This document shows, in pieces, positions 35,755 through 50,421 of a DNA stretch of 64,000 nucleotides. The number at the start of each line of letters is the position of its first letter. Position 1 is the stretch's first letter. Made by a program: the position numbers and the translations under genes. The notes beneath the pieces were generated by a model. The model did not search any database, was not told the DNA's origin, and worked only from the letters and a program-made list of their open reading frames with translations. This DNA is from Octopus sinensis (lineage: Eukaryota): NCBI RefSeq assembly GCF_006345805.1, contig NC_043015.1, forward strand, positions 23,808,001 through 23,872,000. Reading direction: 5' to 3'.

Positions 35755-38700
35755 AATACATATTTATATATATACATACTTGCATATACTTACATGTGTA
35801 GTATATGTATATATATATTTACATGTCTGAGCATATACATACATACATATATATATATATATGAATATATACATACATACACACACATATAGATATGCAT
35901 ATATGTATAAATTTGTACATGTATATACGCATTTGTGTTGCTTTTGTATATAAATATTACTCACACAGTAACGTTCAATTAAATGAAGATGAAGAAGTTA
36001 TATTTTGAGTATTCCCAAATGAGATCTAATAATAAGCAAAGCCCTTGAACCACTATATATGTATCGAAAGAGCCTTATTGATTTAAAACACTTTCAATCA
36101 CGAATCATAATTGTATCATTCAATATTACCCACGAGTTTAACTTGATTTGTATTGTTTATTGTGGTATATCTGCAATATTTTGCCTTCACTACTTTCTTT
36201 TCTCCAATCACAACTTCAAGCTTAAATTTAAGCTGCATTTACTTGATTTCCGTTTTCATTGCACTTTGATGCCATGTTGAGGGACTTTATTTTGTAGTTG
36301 TATATCTCCGCGGCGTTCGTCAGTAAAAAGTGATAGAACCTTTCTCTCATTATACCATTTTTTCGCTCAAACCACCTCCAACAAATGATTCCGTTCTTGG
36401 TTTTTGGTGTTTTTGCGCCTCCCGTTTTAACACATATATCTAATTGCTTCCTTGTCTTACGAGTAGTCAATATGTTTCGACCAATCTCATTCGTTTCCGT
36501 TGATAACTTGTTGACATCATTTACCCAAATCTTAAATCTAGAGAAGAGTTCTGGGTGTCGCAGCAACTCCTCAGACTAAGGCATATGGGGAAAATTGTAG
36601 CATTTATTCATGTAGTTTCTTACGCAAATATGCGAAGAAATATGGCAGAGAGTTAATTCAATTCTACAACGAGACAAAATGTGCTATTCCATAGCTAGTA
36701 TATATCATAAAGCGTTATATTTTATGCTACATTTGAAAGCCCTTTACCACCTTACATAGGATCTGCATAACTACAATTGTTGGAATTTTAAAAATGTTTT
36801 GCTCAAGAAAAAACACCACGCCTTATTCTATACATGCTTTCCCTCAATCATCCCGAAAACCATATTCAATGTCATAGTGACTGTGAACAAATTAGCCATT
36901 CAAGCTAGCTTTAACCCAAAATCCTCTTATCTAACTGCTTCACAATGGATTTTCTTACTGTATTTCCAAAATTGACTACATTGACAACACCATTTCATGT
37001 TCCACAGTCTTTTAAAACCCTCTAATAATTTAAAAACCACTAAATATGTTTTAGTCATTTATCTAAAACGTTTCATTTGATTTTGAAATTTTGCGACACG
37101 TTTAGCACAAGCATAATTAATGTGAATAGCTTTGCCACGCTCGTTTGTCCTTTTACACAAATAACCAACGGAATGCGCATTTCCGTCGAGAACTTTCTCT
37201 TCATGTCCCAATGTCACTTATATAAATCTAAGTGAGCAAAATGTTTCCTAATAGTTTAAGTATCCATTAACGCATACTAATGACCTCCAATGGGACAATA
37301 TTATTCAAATTAGTGAGTGTCATATGATGTACCGACCTCCATTCCTCATGAACACAATGGCAAAGTTCCGAACAACGAATACATATATTTATAAAAAGCT
37401 TTATCTTTCCTTAATTAACTTCTAAAATTAACTTAATTACAATAACGAATTAATGATGAATTAGTTAATTAACTAATATTTTTTTAATCGTTCTGAAATT
37501 TATAATTACATTGTTGAATATGCTGCTTAAGTGATACGAGGTGAGATCATGCGTTGATTCTAAGACTACCAAGTCTGTAATATTCACTGCCTTAAAATAG
37601 TATTTAATCATTATTTCTAGCGCAGAAATAGCTGTGGATTGGCAGAATCGCAAGAGCATCGAAAGGAAAGAAAATATGCTTAATGACATGTTGCGCCGAT
37701 TCTTCAAAACATGAGTTCATGATCAACCGAGATCAAATTGGATTTTAAAATTTCGCGGTCGTATTAATATATCATTCAATACTGAAGTTAGCGGTATTGC
37801 CCTTCCTCTTCCTATCGAATTTCCTGGTTTCTTTCTAAAGCCGTCTATGTTACGGGGAAAAGTCAAGTGTGTATTGAACTTGTGCAGGCAGACAACTTAG
37901 TACATTAAAGCCATTTACGGTATTACTTCCGAGTTTCAAACGTAGAGTAGAAACAATATCATCGATAATGGCTGAATTTGCGTTTGACTCCCGATAACTG
38001 ATGAAGAATTGATGATCTTCTGTGTTTTGTGTTCGCCTATGTACTTAGCATATGTTCGTTTGTTTATTTACTACACTTTTTTTTAATTATATATAGAGGT
38101 ATATCTTCCGTTTGTTGTCTTTTTATTTAATCATGAAACAAATATATATATATATTCACAATATATTGGACACATGTTTTGTGTCGTTAACCAGCTGGTA
38201 GAGACGTTTTCTTGGGGTTAAGATGTAGTAACATAGTTCTGTAAAGAACAGCCATGTTAAAGTGGCAAAAATTTGTACCGTCTAGTTTCTACTTATATCT
38301 CGTTTCGAGATTTTTGAACCAGCTACTTTGCTCATTACGAGATCAACACATGGCTGGTGCTTCTCTAGTTTTATATTGTGAGTAGGAACGATTGACTGCC
38401 ATATGAATACCAGTCAGGTATACATATGTGCGTGTGTTCATATAGAAATGCTTATTGCATGAATGTTCTTGCAGAAACGTATATATATACATAACTATAT
38501 ATACACCAGAGTATGCACATAAATACGAAATAAGGAGGAAGAAGCAGTACTCGAATACCGGAGGTAGAGGAATATGTTTTATTAAAAAGGCATATATATA
38601 TATATATATAAATATAAATATATGTGCCTCTGTGTGTGTGTGAGTGTATAAACGTCGTTTTGACTTGCATATGTATTTATAGTAGGGTGAAAGTGAAACT

Positions 38701-39249
38701 TATAGTAAAGCAGTTAGAAATACTGAGATCCATAACTTGGTATTTCACGCTTCTACGCATCTATCATTTGGTATCAGATCCCTAAAGGTTTGCACATTAC
38801 CAATAAGAATCACTCAAATATTTAATTTTTGCTTCTAGAGCTTGAGAACGCGTACATGATGATAGTTTAGGGGGAACAATGCTGTATTAGTCACTGACCA
38901 AATTCCCGTGCGTCATGACTCCTATTTCTGCATTTATACGAGTCGGACGGAAATATTAAATTTATCATATGCAACAAGTCAGAACAACCAATAATGAACG
39001 AATGTCTGCTTGGTCTATTTTTTGTAAATACATATACACACACACACACACATGCACACACACACACAAACACATACACATTTATACACACACATATACA
39101 CGCTTGTATATATACATACTAAGAGTTAGATAGATGGATAGATATATTTGTACATGCATACATACACATATAAATGTATTCACAGAAATACAAGCTGAAA
39201 CAGAAAGTCAATGAATAAAGAGAGACAACACTAAAGAAGCGCGCGCGCG

Positions 39250-39297
<48 letters not shown>

Positions 39298-39929
39298 TAT
39301 CTATTAGTGAAAGGCTATTTTAAAAAGTCATGCCTTACGTGCAACCATCTATTGATCCCAGCGTGTGCACCGGTGGTCACTCATCAATCATAGTTGAATC
39401 CTTTCACCTTATATCCACAGTGACAGATGATATATCGAAGTTCCTCACCAGTAATTTTCTTCTTTCTTTCCGAATTCTATCAGGCCCATTATAGCGTGTT
39501 CTGCCCATCACATTCCCACACCATGCAACCAAAGACGAAATAACACTTTGATCAAATATGACCCCCGTTTATTTCACCTGCTTATTTCTTTAAATTTTGT
39601 TTCATTGGGAATATGGTGTCATAAATCACATTTGCTACTTTCTAACAGTATCCATTTTCTCATATATCAAGAATTAGTGCAATGGTATTTCGTTTTCTTT
39701 AGGAGAATTGAAGCTACATAAATATTATAAACTTTATAACACGCTTGTCATTGCATTTCCGGGTTTTCAGAAATTTTTTCTTCCTCATAAGAATTGTGTA
39801 TTTCTTTCTAAAATCAAGGAAATATTTGACAATATTCTAAAGTGTACATTTTAAACGGGCCCAAAATCATAGTTCTTGATGCTATTTGTATTTATTATTT
39901 TCAGTGTGCCGATCTATATATGTATATAT

Positions 39930-39969
<40 letters not shown>

Positions 39970-41441
39970 GTATGTATAGCTTTGGCAATAAGGAATATAT
40001 ATATACACATACCATATATATATATATGTGTGTGTGTGTGTGCGTGTGTGTGTGTGTATTTCTTATTAATATTTAGCAAAAGCAGAAGAGGGACGCAATG
40101 ATGGAAAATTTCGTTCGTTAGCTAATCATGACAGGGAAATTGATGAAAATATTAATTTCCCAAGGTATAGACAGATACCATTGAGCGAACACACAAAGAG
40201 ATATGCGGCGAATCGCTGATCAAACTTCACAGTTTCACCCATCTAGCAATGCAAGGAAAATTCCCTATACGAGAACGATTAAAGAGAATATATTTATTGA
40301 AAAATAGAAACCGCGCTGTTATAGGAATGCAAAACAAATTTTGGATACAAGATATTTTAGTTCATGAAAGCATAGTGAACTGTATACATATTATATTTCA
40401 CTAATTTAATTCATGAATTTATTATTTCATAATATAAATGCAACAAATTTACCCACGAAAATTTTACCCTGGAAAATCGTGTACCCCACAAAACCAAAGG
40501 GTAATAATCACCCCACATCTTGAATAATAACAGTCACCAGTTACCTCCCTTTAGATGTTTCTCCATGCAGGTTCATCTACACACAAACTTTCATACAAAA
40601 CAAACACACACACACAGACAGACGTGTGTTTGTGTGTGTGTGTTTAGAAGGGTGTTTAATATGTCCGGTCAGAGAGTGACAAGAGAAACCATACCGCCTT
40701 CAAACGTTTTCGGAAGGGATCGTAGGCAGAACTGGGAACGTTGTAAGAAGTATAACGCCGCCTCACCTAATGTCTGCTCATTTGAGTTTTGTTCAGGATT
40801 TCTTGTTTATGAAATTGACGGACCTTGTCTTTGACCTCCCTTCAGTTTTAGAAATTTAGATGCTTCCAACCATTTGAGTCAGAAGTGTCTCCTATGCGAC
40901 TTAGCGCTTTATATGTACGAAACCACCGTCCATACAAACATATCAATATATACACGCATTTATAAATACATGCACAAAAATACACACAGACACACACACA
41001 AATATACACTCACACACACACACATACACACATACGTACATATTAGGACATGTATATATAAGGATCAGACTGATAGTCAATTGACAAGTATGTAATGATG
41101 AAAGATTGGGCTGCCAGAATATCAATATAATATATCAGAGTATAACGAGTATCAACGAGTGTGTATAAGAGTATCAACGAGTGTGTATTGCATAGATGTA
41201 TTGTTAACGATCTTGGATTGTCGAATATATATACATTTTTATAAAAACTGCATATTCATGTTTACCAACCAAGTTAGCAAAAATAAGGAGGGAAAACATT
41301 CTGTTATATTATTTTGGTTGTAAAGAAAGAACGAAGTTTAATGAAATCTAGAAATGTCAACAGGTTGATCGAAACCTTCACTTTACCAAACACCAAAAGA
41401 TACTTGGAAATTTTAGAAGCGATATATATTTATATATAAAT

Positions 41442-41646
41442 ATGTGTTATGAGTATTTATAGAACACATATCCCATAGAAACTTAACAAATAATTAAAGA
41501 TGGTGAAGAGGTGTTAAAAGTTTTAAAAGAACTTAATCCATGCATGGATTAAATTCTTTTAAAACTTTTAACAACTTCTCTTCTCCATCTTTAATTGTTT
41601 GTTGAGTTTCTATAGGATATGCGTTCTATAAATATTCGTAACACAT
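41442..41646. repeat. ~205-bp imperfect palindrome with no loop
   Basis: Centre AATCCATG|CATGGATT at 41542/41543. Arms of ~101-104 bp pair with scattered mismatches. Confidence 0.85.
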
Positions 41647-41789
41647 CTTATAATTCCAGCATTTTCCTATTCGAAAAATTCTTACAACATAAGCTACCAA
41701 TGTAATATGAAGAATCTTTATTAGAAATAGACAAAGTAAAGGATGAAATAGAACTCAACCTTTTCTCATATATATATATATACATACAA

Positions 41790-41888
<99 letters not shown>

Positions 41889-42307
41889 TGATATATGCTT
41901 TTGCACTGGGGTAAATTGCGAAATCTAGAAGTGTGTCGCTTGCAAAATGCATTCCTATCAAACATCTTTGATAACTTCCATTTGACCAAACATTTACTAT
42001 CTCCGTCTGGAACTGGTTTCAATGTCAACAAGACATTTTTTCGATTAGAATTATCTGTTCTCATTACAGAATAAATCCCTGACATTCCTGTCAGGAGAAG
42101 GTCATCTGTTGTTGCAGCATAAACAAATGAATGCTGTTCAAAATAAAATATACTAATTACAATCGCTATGCAATCCCTATGGATACACATGACTCTCTTC
42201 ATATCAACACATGCATAAAGACGCACACAGAGACATACATACACATACGCATACACAAATATACATATATACACGCACGCATGCACACACACACACACAC
42301 ACACACA

Positions 42308-42343
<36 letters not shown>

Positions 42344-42684
42344 TTATACAGGGTCCGGTAAATAATTGTATTATCGTTCCTACATATGCAGTTATCACAC
42401 ATTTAAATTCTATCACAAATCCAAATACCAAAATGACCATACGGTACATACCTGCATTAATTATTAGGTAATCCCATTAACCAATAAATTTACACTCTAA
42501 CTTATAACCCATATCTAGTTTCTCACAAATACAGCCATCTGATTATATTCGTTTACATACATACACACCCATACGCGAGTATATACATACCAGTGAGGGT
42601 ATGCATGTGGATATATGTAAACACTTATACACATGCAAAATATAGATAACTGCAAATATAGGAACGATTTAAACTGACATAGAA

Positions 42685-43905
42685 ATAGGGAATGTATTAG
42701 TTTGGTCAAATTGAAAACAGGAAGAGTGGAATGACAAAGAAAAAGAGAGAGAGATAAAAGGAGGAGAGAAAGAAAAATATCAAGAGAAAGAAAAAAGAAG
42801 ATTAGTAAAAACCAAAATAAAGAATAAAACTCCTGAAGGTATGAATAAAGAGAATAAGGAAAAGAAAAACTGATATACATGTATATGCATCTTCACATAA
42901 ATATTTTCTCAGAATAATTAACACTGATATTTCCTTAATTCTTAATTCTTCATATATTTGCCTCATAATTAAAAGCTATTACTACACTTAGTACCTCCTC
43001 TACCTCTTAACTCCCCCATTCCTCTATCAGTTATACTATAATACCTTTCACACCTACTTTCAAACTACCGCCACTGACCACTGACCAGGCAGAATGGTTA
43101 GCGCGCCGAGCTAAATGCTTAGCGGTATTTCGTTTGCCGTTACGTTCTGAGTTCAAATTCAGCCGAGGTCGGCTTTGCTTTTCATCCTTCCGGGGTCGAT
43201 AAATAAAGTATTAGTTTCGCACTGGGGTCGAGGTAATCGACTTGATCCCTTTGTCTGTCCTTGTTTGTCCCCTGTGTGTTTAGCCCCTTGTGGGCAGTAA
43301 AGAAATATATATCTTAATTTGTCTTTTTTCTTTTCCTTATTCTCTTTATTTTTTCTTTATTTTTGTTTTTACTTATCTGCTCTCTTTCTCTTTAATTATT
43401 TCCTCACCTCTGTTTATCTCTTTTTTTTGTCAATCCTCTCTACCAATTTTCAATTTGACCAAACTAATACACTCCCTATTTCTAGATCAGTTTAAACACA
43501 AACCTCGAATCTGCTACACTCTATATAAATTTCCTACTGGGAAGGACCAACTTTAAGAGAATCTTACATTGCTTATAAACTTTACATTTGGGTGAACTCA
43601 TATTAAACTCTGTTGGACTTTTGGATTTTACTCAAAGGATATTGGAATAATACACCTATATACCATTATGCCTATAAAACGCATTTATGAACTCAATAAC
43701 CATACATATCTTACATCTATTTTCTTTCCTTCACCTCACTCTCTACTTATATCACATCGAAACTAACTATGACTTTTCCTTTCACAACGTCCCCGATGAA
43801 GGGATATTATCATTAATTAATATTCTAGAAAGAGATGTAATACCTTCTATCTATAAATGCTCTAATATCTATACAGCCTTGTTTTTTTTTATCTCATTAC
43901 GCAAA
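42685..43905. repeat. Head-to-head pair of family F6 repeats interrupted by a SINE; degenerate HHR at ~43790-43843 (+)
   Basis: 42685-42890 is inverted relative to 43305-43480. The 3' end CCCGATGAAGGGATATT..AATATTCTAGAAAGAGATGTAATACC matches the F6 copy at 1060-1170. Confidence 0.6.
43080..43305 (+). mobile_element. tRNA-derived SINE family C (Nin/Deu-domain-like)
   Basis: GGCAGAATGGTTAGCGCGCCG..GAGTTCAAATTC..TTTCATCCTTCCGGGGTCGATAAATAAAGTA..CTGGGGTCGAGGTAATCGAC. Decayed copies lie at ~14260-14420 (-), ~53190-53370 (-) and 58080-58210 (+). Confidence 0.75.
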
Positions 43906-43933
43906 AATTCATATATATATATATTATATATAT

Positions 43934-43984
<51 letters not shown>

Positions 43985-44474
43985 TTCATCGATCACACTG
44001 CGAAGCATTCGCCTCCCGATCTGTATATATATATATATATATTTCGCCTTCCGATCTGTATATATATATGAAGGCGAATGCATCGCAGTGTGACCAATTT
44101 CTAACTGAGTGGACAGAAGCAACGTAAAATGAAGTGTTTTACTGAAGAAGATAACACGACGCAAGGTTCGAGAATCGAACCCACGATCTAGCGATCTTGA
44201 GTAGAAAAAGTCCTCACCATATATGTATGTATGTGTGTGTGTGTTCGCGTGCGCGTTTTCATGTAGATACACACAGGAGCTGATGGTGAGCGTGTGTTAA
44301 TAAAATCTTGCGTTTGTTTGTTTACTCTTCACTAACCTTTCCGTAAACATTCTAATCTAAATCTTTTACATTTACCACATGCCCCATATAGGTAAGGCAC
44401 GAGTGAAAGTTCTAATGGTTTTGTAAATATGTGAGTCATGGGTAAAGTTTCCGTCAGTGACAAACCGAGAAATT

Positions 44475-44480
44475 TCCATG

Positions 44481-44517
<37 letters not shown>

Positions 44518-44717
44518 CAATCCTCTTCCTCCTCCTCCTCCTCCTCCTCCTCCTCCTCATAATCATCATCATCATCATCACAATCATCATCATCAGCGTC
44601 ATTGTCGTCGCGTCGTCGTCGTCGCAATGAATTACTTTTGCTTAATTTTGCATTTCGTTTGTGCTTGTTTGAGAAAATATTTTGGCTCTTATTGAACAAT
44701 ATCGATTATTATTATTA

Positions 44718-44772
<55 letters not shown>

Positions 44773-44810
44773 CTGCATCATCATCATCATCAGTATCATC
44801 ATCATCATTT
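44475..44810. repeat. Compound trinucleotide microsatellite (CAT)n(CCT)n(CGT)n..(TTA)n(CAT)n
   Basis: Directly visible; explains the poly-His/Pro/Asp/Tyr ORFs. Confidence 0.95.
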
Positions 44811-45967
44811 AGGTTTCACTATTTTTTCTGCTTTAATTCTCTTTGTTTCATTTACTCGTCTGTATCTATGAAACTAGTAGTATGTGATGTTAGATCTCTC
44901 CATCGCATCCATTAATTATCCTCATTAGGAAAGACGTGTCTTTAAATCAACTACATTACTTCATTAGACTTAAAGTATTGATGTGTATAATAACGATCCT
45001 GCTGTTTATGAGTATTTTTTCTTCTTGTGAATATTATTGTTATTTTGTAGACGTTTTATTCTTTTTATCCCTTTTACTATTTAGCCTCAATATCTATATG
45101 CTTAACTCATACGCCTGAGTCATTGTAAGTTACATAACTACTGGAGATCTTTAGAAAAGTCTATTTCCCCTGGCTTGATATATCTAATTTGATGGTACCA
45201 GAACGCAAATAAATATGTACAGGAATTGCAGGAGAAGCTGCTAGTTACGTAAGGTAGAAAAAGTCATAAAACGAAACGTCTGTAAGAAGTTAATGAAATA
45301 TTTCATTACTTTCATATGCATTTTTGTATTGTAGTACTTTACGCCATTACCAAATTAGGTTTCGGGGGGAAAAATCCAATCTATACTCATCAAGAACACA
45401 ACACCAGCACAAGGACCCTGCTGAACATGAGCAGCCGTTCCTAGGCCGGTCACAATCACTTCATGAGTGATAAAGCTGACTGAGACCGTATCAAAATAAA
45501 GTGTTCTTTTTTCAGGCCCACATCATCATTATAGTGTCGACAAAATAAGTGCCAGTTAAGCACAGGTGTCGACCTGATCGACATACACTCGCCCCGAATT
45601 GGCTGGCCGTGAATCAATATTTGAAATCAATACTATCAATCACACATATTCTGTGCGAGTTTCATTAGTAAGGATTAATCGGAAAGTTTGTGTTAGATTT
45701 TGTGTGGATCTTGTCTTTAATATATATCTTCGTCTCACAGGGATTAGAATGTCCAGATTTTAGTACGATTAGTTGTTAAGATAAACTAACAGGTGTTAGT
45801 TGAAAATACTTTGCAATCAAGGTAATGCCAATTTCTCTCTCCTTCTCTGTCTCTCTCACCTTCTGTGTCTATCTGTCTGTCTCTGTCTCTGTCTGTATAA
45901 ATATATATGCGTGTATATACATATACACATTCATACTAACATAAAACATACATACATAATACATACA

Positions 45968-45998
<31 letters not shown>

Positions 45999-46009
45999 GT
46001 ATGTATATA

Positions 46010-46365
46010 TAGGTGTAAGCTTGGGTGAGTGGTAGATGTTTGCTTCCCAACCACATGCTTCCGAGTTCAATACCACTGCGTAGCACTTTGGGCAAAGCTT
46101 TTCTACTATAGCCCCGGACCTGTCAGAACGTTTCGTAAAAGAAAAGAAGCCTATCGTATGTGTGTGTATATGTGTGTGTGGGTCTTTGCGCCTCTGTTTG
46201 TCCGTCCTTCATTGCTTGACAACTCGTGTTTATGTATGTACGTTCTCGTAACCGAGAAGTGACGCAAAACAGACGGATAGAAGTACTAGTCTTAAGAAAT
46301 ACGACTTGGGTCGATTTGTTCGACTAAAACCCTTCCAATGATTAAAAGGAATAGAAGAATAAAAA
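46010..46365 (+). mobile_element. SINE family A, old decayed copy
   Basis: CCCAACCACATGCTTCCGAGTTCAATACCACTGCG..TTGGGCAAAG..GGGTCGATTTGTTCGACTAAAAC. Confidence 0.7.
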
Positions 46366-46657
46366 AATTTAGTTTCGCTCATGTCAGTCGTTAGTTTTAT
46401 TAAATTTCTATGATTATTTGTCTTTTATAGAAATAAGTTCCAATTGCAAGTCAACGCGTACAATCATATATATATACGGCAAATGATAGAAGGAAAATGC
46501 AATATACGAGAATTTATTATTAATCACAACAATTGTTTCGACACATGTAGTATCAATCCCTCATTAAACATCTTCCGTCTTTCATTTGCCATATAGATAA
46601 CGATCACTGTGAAAGTAACCGTGCTTTACCGTAAGCTACCAGATGTAAGCCATTCGT

Positions 46658-46711
<54 letters not shown>

Positions 46712-47698
46712 CATGTATTTCTCTGTGTGTATTGCATATGGTGCGTTAAACTAAGTTACGTTCATTTTACTAGTTTTCTTGTTTCTTTGTTTCTATTCCT
46801 AGTCCCTATGCTCTTCTTTTTCTTATTCTCTATATTTCTAGGCAAGGCATCTATTAAATATCTCGACTGGGTTTATTCGATGATGAGTTGCTAGCGTATT
46901 CACTTTTTATACGTTAGAATGGATAATGCTCAAACTTATCATATATCCCGAACTACAATTCTTAACATGATTATATAGGTTGTGGCTGTTAGGATTCAAC
47001 TTTTTATCAGATTTTTATATATTTTCTGTTATTACAATACTTAACTCTATGCTGAGATGCATGTTCACCCTCTAGACATTAAGTTTCGCTCAAATCGTTT
47101 ATTAGTTTTACTAAATTTGTATCGTTATCCTTGTCTTTTATCGGAATATCAGGGTTTCTTTATGTCAATTTCCAACTTGCAAGTCAACAAGTACAACCGT
47201 TTCTTTAAAATTTATACATTTCTTGTAAGTTAGCTGCCGAACCCAAAAGCAAAGAACCTCCATCAATTGCGTGGTTTCCGACCTTTCTATAAATTGGTGT
47301 AGCTTTGTTCGGGTCATCTCTTCTAGGTATTTCCTTAGTAGCATGTAAGCAGTTTAATGCATGGAGAAAAATAGTAAGTCTCTTGAGTTCCTAATGAATC
47401 TCTCCATCACCCCAGTTTGCAGAAGATTCAACTAATAATCTAAGGTACCTGACTGTAGATTTCCAATCGTATATATTTAGACGAGCATCTCCGTCTACGC
47501 AAGTCACAGAACTTTGTTTATCGAAAGCAAGCGTGAAATTGCGGTTAGTGAGTGAAGTATGCACCGAAATGCATCGATGCTTTAGGTTGAAGTTTTCTTC
47601 TCTGTGACTGAGCTTTGCACTTATTTGAACAGTAGCACAATAGCTAAACATAAAACAATTCCAATTAATTCTCATAATTCTAAAATCAATTCACTCAC

Positions 47699-47744
47699 CT
47701 AGAATTGGATAGCTACTAAATTCTTCCTTCAGCAAAATTGCCAA
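47699..47744 (-). other. Candidate 46-nt exon, next to coding-like minus-strand sequence at 47060-47675
   Basis: Minus strand reads TACATTTTTCAG | TTGGCA..CCAATTCTAG | GTGAGT. The only open frame is LAILLKEEFSSYPIL. No homolog recognised. Confidence 0.3.
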
Positions 47745-48397
47745 CTGAAAAATGTAGTCTATAAACGATAGGACAACTTGCATTTTTGCACTGTGTGTCA
47801 TGTTAATTGTACATCTATCATTCCAACACATTATAAGCAGCGCAAGTAATGAACATGTAATTTAGTCGATATCATTAGCTTTTTATATCTGCACTTAAAA
47901 TGTTAAACGACATTACTTGTAAATCAGAATGGACAATAATGTCTACCACTCCGCCGTATAAACGTAATAATAGCTATGTGTCGTCTTCGTACTTGAGAAT
48001 TTTTACAAATATTTGAAGCCTACGTTAACCTAATAAATATAAAAAGCTTGAGAAGTCATTATTCAGTTCGCTTATAATGTTAATGGTAATATGGTAATGG
48101 TAATATGTGAACGTTTAAAACAATAATAACTAGAATGAGTAACCTGCGATACGATTTCTTATTCGTTGCCGTAATCAAAAATATACCCCTGGATGTCAAT
48201 CAAAAATAAGTTTCCGACATACGGTTTGTAAGAGTATATAAATCAGTCATCCTATGTCTCTATCCATTAATACACCATAAAGATTATATTGTTACACATA
48301 TCCGCTACACCAGTATGTGAAAATACACGGGGCAATGTACATAAAAAAGTATGCTGATATTTACGCAGATATTTACACGGATATAGAAGTGTGTTTG

Positions 48398-48442
<45 letters not shown>

Positions 48443-48824
48443 ATCTCTCTCTCTCTCTCACTCTCTCTCTCTCTCTCTCTTTCCCTCTCTCTCTATATAT
48501 ATATAATTTCGAAGAATATGAAAGTCACTCTTAAATAACTTGTATGTGCCTTGCGAGGGACAACAAAACATGTGTAACAAAGACTTTAGCAAAGACATAA
48601 ATAATTTCGAACTATACTCTGCTCACTTGATTTTTTCGCATATATGCATGGGCACAGCCTGTGTGTGTGTGTGTGTGCATATTTAAATAGATGCAGACTT
48701 ACGAACAGAGATGCATACGTACTTATATATAAAAAAATTCATACACACATGCAGGCATACTTTCCTGCACATATACATACATGCATACATACTTACATAC
48801 ATACATACATACATGCATACATAC

Positions 48825-48855
<31 letters not shown>

Positions 48856-49489
48856 CATACATACATACATACATACATGCATACATACGTACACTCAATT
48901 TTATATAATCTTTGCATGTCTTACCGGAATTTTCGTGGCTTTATTTCTAACATCATTTTCACAGCCACTAAAATAATGGCCAATCTGATTTTAAGACATG
49001 TTTCTAACGTTGCTCTAATGTTTTTGGTTTCTTTTGCTACATCTCCTTCTTACTCTCCCTGTTTCTTTCCACATATCCTCGTTGCTATCGTTATCAAAGT
49101 CATCGCTATTGCTTGCTACCTTGGTGACATTTTTATTCTCCCTTATTTCCCATATTCTCCATTTATAAATGTTTGTGTGTATGTGGGTGCAGGTTTAGTG
49201 TGTGTTTGGTGTATGTGTATGCGTGTGTGTACGTGTGTATGTATGTGTGTGTGTGGGGGTGTAATATATATGTATTCTGTCGGTATGCTTCCGCTGCCGG
49301 AATGGCTGTTCTGTTCTTACTTTTTGACTTTCCGTATTTTATGTATAGTTTCTTAGAATTACGTATTTGCAATGAAGACCTGTATATCAAAAATATGGCG
49401 AGCTTTATACTTACGTGCAATTTGTTATTCAGAGAGTAGTTGAAAGGACTGTATTTACTACACTTGCTTTTTGGTGTATAAATCGTATT

Positions 49490-49786
49490 CCATCGGTTAC
49501 GACGATGAGGGTTACAAGTGCTCCTATCAATGGAACAGCCTGTTCGTGAAATTAACGCACATGTGGCTGAGCATTCCACAGACATGCGTACACCTAACAT
49601 ACTCCTGAATGATCTGACACAGAATAGGATAAGGCTAGCCCTTTGAAATGCAGGGTCTACTCATTTTTGCCAGCCGAGTGAACCAGAACAACAAGAAATA
49701 AAGTTTAATACTCAAGAACACACTGCGCCGCCGGGAATCGAACTCGTAGTTTTGCAACTGTAAACCTAATGACTAAGCCATGCGCG

Positions 49787-49790
<4 letters not shown>
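49490..49790 (-). mobile_element. SINE family B, decayed
   Basis: Matches 30065-30389 along its length. Confidence 0.8.
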
Positions 49791-49869
<79 letters not shown>

Positions 49870-50306
49870 CAGATATATAAATAGATAGATAAATATATAC
49901 ATACATGAATCGAAACAGCTGTTAAAGATCATGTTTATTTTGTAGTCAATAATATACTTATTAATTGATGTATATTCATTTTCGTATTTTTCTTGAATAA
50001 ATATATACTTTGGCTTATCTAATTACCTATTATTCATGAGTTTTATATAATTAATATTCACGACAAATATAACTATTCATTAATGAGGCTTGTCCAACTT
50101 TTAATTAAACTTTTACATGCATACATACATGCATGCGTGTGTGCATGTGTGTGCGTGTGTGTGTTTGTGTGTGCTTGTGTGTGTGTGATTGTTCAGTTTT
50201 ACTTCAAGAGTCGGTTTCATCGGAATTCCAACATCAACAACTGGAAATTTTTGTTGTATAGATGCATACGTGCATGTATGTATGTATGTATGCGTATATA
50301 TATATT

Positions 50307-50373
<67 letters not shown>

Positions 50374-50387
50374 TGTATGTATGTATG

Positions 50388-50421
<34 letters not shown>

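Noticed and set aside
37980-38020. CTGATGA with an AGAA/TTCT hairpin
   Set aside because: Followed by GTGTTT rather than GAAA; no cleavage site or stem I.
43980-44095. Small inverted repeat around a (TA)n tract (CACACTGCGAAGCATTCGCC / GGCGAATGCATCGCAGTGTG)
   Set aside because: About 22-bp arms with local slippage duplication; consistent with microsatellite-associated rearrangement and no sign of function.
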